Below, one piece after another: positions 56,530-64,000 of a stretch of DNA of 64,000 bases; the first letter of the stretch is position 1; every line of letters starts with the position of its first letter. This DNA is from Octopus vulgaris (lineage: Eukaryota): assembly GCA_951406725.2 (NCBI GenBank), contig OX597827.1, positions 59,768,001 through 59,832,000 of the forward strand, written 5' to 3'. Made by a program: the position numbers and the translations under genes. The notes under the pieces were generated by a model. It was not told where the DNA came from and made no database searches. It saw only the letters and a list, made by a program, of their open reading frames with translations.

Positions 56530-56910
56530 ATAAAAGAGAGTGAGATGAAGAAAAGTTTTAGGTGAGAATATCTCAGAACTAAATTAATTATGGGAAGTAA
56601 ATTCAATGGAAAAAACAAGATCAGAGCAATGAATACATGGACTATTTCCTTAATGCAATACGCGCAGGTGTTGTTAGGTGGACAAGGGCTGAGCTTGAGG
56701 AAATGGATAGAAAGACCAGGAAAATAATGACAATTAACAAGGAACTGCACCTACAAAGTGTCACTGATAGGCTATATGTACCTAGAAACAAGGGAGGAAG
56801 AGGTCTCATAGAATGCAGGAGCTGTGTTGTTAATGAGAAGTCTGCGGTGGTACATCAAACAGGAGAGTGAATCTTTGCTTGTCACTGTTAGAAATAGCAA
56901 CATGCTACCT
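56530..56910 (+). pseudogene. R4/Dong-like RT thumb-region fragment
   Basis: SKFNGKNKIRAMNTW...AGVVRWTRAELEEMDRKTRKIMT...LH..S.TDRLYVPRNKGGRGL. Confidence 0.85.
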
Positions 56911-56929
56911 GCCGAAAGTATGACGCACA

Positions 56930-57239
56930 CAAAAACTTTTTTGTGCATTTTGTTTGCAGAAAATAAAGAAATAACTGTAATAACAGTAATAACGTTTAAT
57001 AAATGTTGCTTAAAGCAAGTTATGGATGATTTTTTTTATGAACTTCATTGCTTTCAGGCTTAGCTTAAGGTATTTTCGCGCCCGACATCACAAAATGCGT
57101 CTGAATAAACATTGTCGGACAGCAAATAGAGACTCGGACAAATAATTTTCCTTTTTAACCTCGTATATAATACGCACTAGGGATTCTGACCTTTAAATTT
57201 TGACCTTTAAATATGCGGATTATACTCGAGGATTTACGG
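56930..57239. mobile_element. Truncated Tc1/mariner-superfamily MITE end
   Basis: ...tgcggattatactcgaggatttacgg|TA is a terminus of the TA|CCGTA type also seen at 29291-29685. Confidence 0.5.
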
Positions 57240-57264
57240 TATATATATATACATATATACATAC

Positions 57265-57365
<101 letters not shown>

Positions 57366-57372
57366 GTATGTA

Positions 57373-57590
57373 CGAAGGGAGGTTGAAAGGTTCGTAGTTG
57401 TTAGGAGATTGCAAAAGGCTTGGTTGGAAGCCCAACCTTCTGAATTCTATTACAGGGTTTAGAAAAATTAAAGGATTGCTGCAATAAGTGTGAATCTGAG
57501 AGGGGAATATGCTGAATAAAATCATAATTAACCGATCCTCCTGTATTTTCTTTTACCGAAAGCCAGGAACTTTTCAGCACCCACCTCGTG
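57373..57590 (+). mobile_element. Internally deleted mariner element
   Basis: TA|CGAAGGGAGGTTGAAAGGTTC and GAACTTTTCAGCACCCACCTCG imperfect TIRs. Internal WLEAQPSEFY..GLEKL...NK...LRGEYAE* is a mariner C-terminus. Confidence 0.75.
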
Positions 57591-57845
57591 TATGTATGTA
57601 TGCATGTAGAGATAGATAGAAAGATAGATTTAAGATTTATGCTGTGAATAAGGGAAGAAGTTTAATAACGTTATGAGTAGGGCCTTTATGGAAGAAAGGG
57701 ACAGCTTAGTGGGGTCACGAGCTGATCTCTTCACTGGACAAGTAAAAGTTTTTTCTATACATGTATCTCAAGTTGGAAATGTGCTTGTATCTGTGTATAT
57801 GTTAGTCTTTGTATGCGTGCGTGTGTACGTAGGTGTGTGCGTGAT

Positions 57846-57881
<36 letters not shown>

Positions 57882-58050
57882 GATATACGTGTATGTTTAT
57901 ATATATCATACACGTATGTGTATATATATATATATATATATAAAAACACACACATTCATCTGTCTGATTGTTCCTTTATCGATGTGACTTTATCTATTAC
58001 ATCTCTCTTCCTTTAGCTCTCTCACTCTTTCTTTGTGTCTCTCACTCTTT

Positions 58051-58081
<31 letters not shown>

Positions 58082-58404
58082 CGCGATTTTGTCTGTGTCC
58101 GTCTCCGTAGATTCGTGCCTATCTTATATGTCTTGTATGAATGACAAGGAGACTCAGGTGTGTGGTCTACTGATCTCACCCGTCGATGATTTCTTCTTGA
58201 ATGAAACGCATCTCCTCTAATCAGGCGTGTGCGATCTTTAACAGAGAACCACAGCGGCCTCAGTTTGATGTTGGCTACTTGATACTACGCGCATGTTACT
58301 GCTTATGGCTGTATGTATGAGTTCGTGCTTTTAAGTGTGTGTTAGTATGAATGTCTTTATGTATATGTTCTACATTGTGTCCTTATGCAAACATACGTGT
58401 ATAT

Positions 58405-58442
<38 letters not shown>

Positions 58443-58470
58443 CATATCTGTACATACATACATACATACA

Positions 58471-58598
<128 letters not shown>

Positions 58599-58954
58599 TT
58601 CATAGATGAGATCCAGATATTCTCAGTATAGAAGACACTAAGTAAGTGCTCAAAAGACTCTGATGTATTTTCAGGCGCTTATTCCACGCGGTAAAGAAAG
58701 GATATAAGAGGGATCAGGTTTAGTGAGGATAGAAGCAATTATGGCGATAAACAAATTATGGGCATATATCAAAACAGGAGAATGGAATATTTTGGTATTA
58801 TTTATTCGCGTATTTCATTGGCTAATAGGAGTTACAGGAGTGTACATGTAAGAGAAAATATGCAAGATATCTCTTATTAGAAATTCTTCAGGCAGAGAAT
58901 CAAAATAATAGAAAATTTAAATATAGGTGAAGCGTTTATACCCCTAGCTACATA

Positions 58955-59022
<68 letters not shown>

Positions 59023-59031
59023 GCCTGTCTG

Positions 59032-59100
<69 letters not shown>

Positions 59101-59155
59101 TTATCTATCCATCTAACTGCCTGTCTTTCTTTCTTTCTTTCTATCTATCTATCTA

Positions 59156-59196
<41 letters not shown>

Positions 59197-59212
59197 GTCT
59201 GTCTGTCTGTCT

Positions 59213-59265
<53 letters not shown>

Positions 59266-59299
59266 TTATCTAACTGTCTATCTATCTATTTATCTAAAT

Positions 59300-59820
59300 C
59301 AGGGTCGCCAAAGGGGCGGAGTCGGCGAGGAAATACAGGGGGTCAATGATAGTCAAGAGGTCGAATGGGGGGTCGGCATGCGAAAGACTAGCTCACCCAG
59401 ATGAACTGCTTGAAATACTTAATCAGCGCCATGCTCATCCTTCACACTGATGTTGTCAATTTCAATAAAAGATATTCCAGCAATATGATGTGCTTTACAC
59501 GTTTTCTAACCGTGATGTCAATTTCATAAAAATTGGAAGTTCAATACTGTGTACTCGTACACGTAGTTTTAAATGTAAAAAGTGTGTCATCAATAGAATT
59601 TCTTAACTTGTCATGCATGTATAGTTTAGCTAACATCTTAATTGCCAGTATCAGTACCCGGTACGCATTTAAGATATGGTACAGTAGGGTAGGATATTAA
59701 GATAGTTTAAATGAGGAGGGTGGTCGATGTGGAAGGCGAAGTGACTAAAGGGCGTTTATGCGGAAGGAGAAGTGGCTAAATGGGGTCCATTGTCGAAATG
59801 GGGTCCATTGGCGACCCCTG
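59300..59820. mobile_element. hAT-like non-autonomous element
   Basis: CAGGGTCGCCAA...TTGGCGACCCCTG TIRs. The 8-bp flanks atctaaat/ctttagag fit NTNTANAN only loosely. Confidence 0.6.
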
Positions 59821-60059
59821 CTTTAGAGCATGGAATTTATAGTTCAAGCATAATTGCATAATCGTTATTAGAGTAAATAAGGGATTAAGGATCTGTGCAT
59901 AAATTCGCTTACAGCAGTTTCTAGAATAGCTGGGGATATGGTGCTATCTCATTGAGCAAACGTTTCCATATAAAAGCCAACTATACCATCTTCAGTGAGG
60001 AAGAATTAAGGAATGTCTTTTGTAAAGGGTATTAGTAAAGGGTACTCGTTCCATCATCG

Positions 60060-61075
60060 GAGAATTAAGGAATATCCAGGATATTTGTAGATACCAGTTC
60101 CATATGTAGTGACAGCCTTCACGAATCAGTGATGCATGTTCGTCCGTCGAGGCTACGATAACCATCAATCCATCCAAACATGACTGATGACTTGCGCGTT
60201 AACTTTGTTTCAAGTCAAGGAAAATTGCGCACTTCAATCAACCTCACTCTGTCGTTCGTGTCCACCTTCAGTCCAGTAGCAGACAAGACCAAAACAACTA
60301 GGGATGGAGACAGATGCAGTGGATGACCTAAATGTTTTCTGCACTCTACAATGTGATATCGCAGCTGCCTTCCTCTCTGTTGAACTATGAACGTTTCTTT
60401 CACACTAGATCCAGTCTTCCCAAGTATAGGTAGGTAGGCCCTAATATGTTAATTAACCCAAAGCTAGGACCCTTATAGGTGTTACTAGTTGAGTCAGAGT
60501 AAACTTGGGAACAATAGGGATTCCACACTCCTCAGGAATATTTGTGCATATCAGTGTGTCCGTATATAACATACCCTTGTAGCACACACTTTTCGAATCA
60601 ATGAGGCATATACGTATGTCGGAGCGATGATAACCATCAAGCCAAGGACATTTGCATATTGTTAACCCCGCTCTTTCGTTTACGATCACCTTCAATCCAG
60701 TGACAACTCGAGATCAAGACAACTGGGGATGGAAATTAATAATAGGTAACCAAGGCGTCTCGGTAGTTCCGTCTTGCTCTCTGCATTCCACAATTGATTG
60801 TTGTTGCTCCCTTTCTCTCTGTTGATCCACAGGAGGTTCTTCCGCAGAGTTTGCCTGACACCATCTTCACCAAAAGTTATATACCAGTTGGCTACGCTCA
60901 ACTGGTTCAATCCGCGGTTTATCAGGCTGTGGGTTGCCGTTGCATGGAAACAGCTACTTCGACCCCCAGGTGAGAGTTGGGTGCCGGGTGGAGACAAAAG
61001 CTGACGAGCCATCCTTAAAAGTGCGATGTGTTCCCTCGTCCCTTTTGTAGTTACTAATCTCATGGGGACATTTGG
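60060..61075 (-). pseudogene. Unidentified decayed ORF with two diverged copies of a ~100-aa unit
   Basis: One frame runs ~61070-60453 with three internal stops. Its IVECR...HPQLxWS..TGLKV..N.R..L...WxDGY...D.R.C..DS pattern recurs at ~60400-60120. Confidence 0.5.
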
Positions 61076-61199
61076 GTTTTATGTTATGTAATGTGGTTTG
61101 GGTTTTCCTAAGTGGTTATTACTTAGTTCAGTAGTCAATATTTGTCGGTGTATACTGTATATTAGTGGGTTTTGGAGAGGTTGCATTTATGAAGATAAC

Positions 61200-61550
61200 A
61201 GGCACGGCTGTGTGTTAAGAATTTTGCTTCCTAAACACATGATTCCGGGTTCAGTCCCACTGTTAGCATCGGGCCAACCAAAGCCATGGATTTGGTGAGC
61301 GGAAACTGAAAGAAGCCTGTTGTATGTGTGTATGTGTGTGTGTGCGTGTGCACGCGCGCGTCTTTGTATCTGTGTTTGTCCCCCACCACTGCTTGATGAC
61401 CTGTGATGGTGGGTTTACGCCCCAAAACTTAGCGGTTCAGCAATATAATAAGTACTAATAAGTACTGGGATCGATTCATTCGATTAAAAATTCTTCAAGG
61501 TGTGGGCTCCAGCATGGCCGTAGTCTAATTACTGAAATAAGTAAAAGATA
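61200..61550 (+). mobile_element. Family A SINE (decayed)
   Basis: Head, internal (TG)n and 3' half as in the other copies. Confidence 0.8.
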
Positions 61551-62117
61551 AAAGAAAAAACGATAAAGGAGAAGAGAGTTCAGTGCTTGTGGAGAGAGCG
61601 AGGGAGAGAGAGTAGGGGGAGAGAACGAAGGAATGAGAGAGAGAGAGAGAGATGAAGGAGAGAACGAAGGAGAGAGAGGGACTGGGGAGGGAGAGTAAAA
61701 GAGGGGGAAAGGTAGTCTCCTTTGGAGAGACAATAATGGAGGTATTGAGTGGAGGAGGAAAAGGAGGAGGAGGCAAAGAAGATGAAGAATGGTAGAGATA
61801 CAAACACATGCGCACACTAGCAAACCAGCACAAAGGCTGGTACTTACACACATGCACATGCCTGCACACGTATACACACACTGTTACACAGAGGGGCAGA
61901 AAGAGAAGGGAGGGGTTGAGAGAGAGACATAGTTATAAGAGATATAGAAGCCTGTGTGTGTGTACGAATCTTTACAGACATAGCATATCCTTAGGAATAC
62001 ATATATACACACACACATATTTATATGAATGTACGTATATATGTGTGTGTAAAAACGTGACTATGAATGAGTGTGTGTGTGTACATGTGTTTGTGTGTGT
62101 CTGTATCTGTGTGACTC

Positions 62118-62189
<72 letters not shown>

Positions 62190-62865
62190 TGTGTGTTGTG
62201 TGTTGCACGCGTTTGCTAATCTACGCGCGATTACGAACGAGGACTCGTAACGTGCGCATTTCTGAAGAGCCTGCGCATCTTCAGGAATAACTCAGAGGGT
62301 TTGTTCCCTAGGTGTAGCAAGAAGCATTTCGCAGAAAAAGGAATGAAGGAAGGAAAGGCAAGCGTGGAGAGACAGCGTGTATGTGCCCTATACTACTAGT
62401 TCAGTAACACAGCTGCCTATCTGCTCTATCAGTTTACAATTGCTTTTCAAGATGTCTTAATAGCCAAATGAAAATTCACTCTGGAATATCACCGCAAACG
62501 CCAATGTTTCATGTACTCGCTACTCATTATCAGGACATTTTGAATTTTAGTCAATCGTAACATTTCTTTTTTTTTTTTTTTCGAGTATGCATTTTGGATC
62601 AATTTCTTTGCTAAAACGGGACTCGCGTATATATTTTTTTGTTTGTTTGTTAGTTCGTTTCCTAAATTTCTTATTTGTTTAGCTGTCTATGTTCACGTAC
62701 ATACATACATACATACATACATACATACATACATACATACATACATACATACACACACACATACATACATACATACATACATACATACACACATATATAC
62801 ATACATACATACATATATACACACATACATACATACATACATACATACATACATACATACATACA

Positions 62866-62899
<34 letters not shown>

Positions 62900-63032
62900 C
62901 ATACATACATACATACACACACACATACGCACACGCACACACATATGCTTAACGAGTTTCACGGAAGCATACTTTGTATAGAATCTGTATGTGCATCCGT
63001 TCCGTACGTGCATCTGAGTATGTGTGTGTGTG

Positions 63033-63079
<47 letters not shown>

Positions 63080-63092
63080 ATATACATGTATG

Positions 63093-63132
<40 letters not shown>

Positions 63133-63670
63133 TATGTATGTATATATATATATATGTATGTATATATATATGTATATATATATATGTATGTATATATATG
63201 TATATATATATGTATATATATATATGTATATATATATATATACATATATATATACATATATACCTACATATGCATATGAATATAACTATGTGTGTTTATG
63301 GATATGTATGAATGTATATATATACTTTTGTGTGTGTGTGTGCATATACATACATACACCATATTTACATACATACGTACGTACATACACGCACACACAT
63401 GTATACGTTTATGTTTGCGTCGCTGTGCTCCGTCGTGCTCTTTTTTCCTCTTAAACATTTTTCTTTAATGAAGAATGTGTATGCATATACATGTGCGTGC
63501 GTACATGCTATGCGTACAAATACATGCATCTGTGTAAGCATACATGTACGTATTTATATGTGCATGTATATGTAGGTCCTGGCGTTTATGCATTTGTGTG
63601 TCTATGGATGTTTACATGTATGTGTTTACACACACACTTTTGTTTATTTATCTGCATTTATAGACATATA

Positions 63671-64000
63671 TGTTTCTTGACTACCTACAAGGGGCTAAAC
63701 ATAGAGGGGACAGTCGATTAGATCCACCTCAGTACGCAACTGGTACCTAATTTTATCGACCCCGAAAGGATGAAAGGCAAAGTCGATCTCGGCGGAATTT
63801 GAATTCACAACGTAACGGCAGAGGAAATACCTATTTCTTTACTACCCACAAGGGGCTAAACACAGAGGGGGCAAACAAGGACAAACAAACGAATTAAGTC
63901 GATTACATCGACCCCAGTGCGTAACTGGTACTTAATTTATCGACCCCGAAAGGATGAAAGGCAAAGTCGACCTCGGCGGAATTTGAACTCAGAACGTAAC
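63671..64000 (-). repeat. Second head-to-tail family B SINE array (at least 2 units; runs off the window)
   Basis: Junction gaaatacctatttctttactaccc at ~63824-63847 is the same as in the 33410 array. Confidence 0.9.

Overview
This is eukaryotic DNA, extremely rich in microsatellites and SINEs. The repeat landscape is what I would expect of an octopus or related coleoid cephalopod; this is an inference. The only host protein-coding sequence I can support is the first coding exon of a Slit-like secreted LRR gene on the - strand (774-976, possibly extended in frame to 1573). The other ~62 kb is upstream or 5' non-coding space. It contains tRNA-derived SINEs, Penelope-like element ends carrying about ten hammerhead ribozyme motifs, and an ORF1-only zinc-knuckle retroelement nested in a SINE with a Mutator-like foldback MITE nested inside it. 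It also holds RTE and R4/Dong LINE relics, Tc1/mariner, piggyBac, hAT and Helitron pieces, several tandem arrays, and an unidentified decayed repeat-protein ORF near 60-61 kb. Nearly all ORFs in the supplied track are microsatellite artefacts. Family names rest on motif recognition only; no database search was run.
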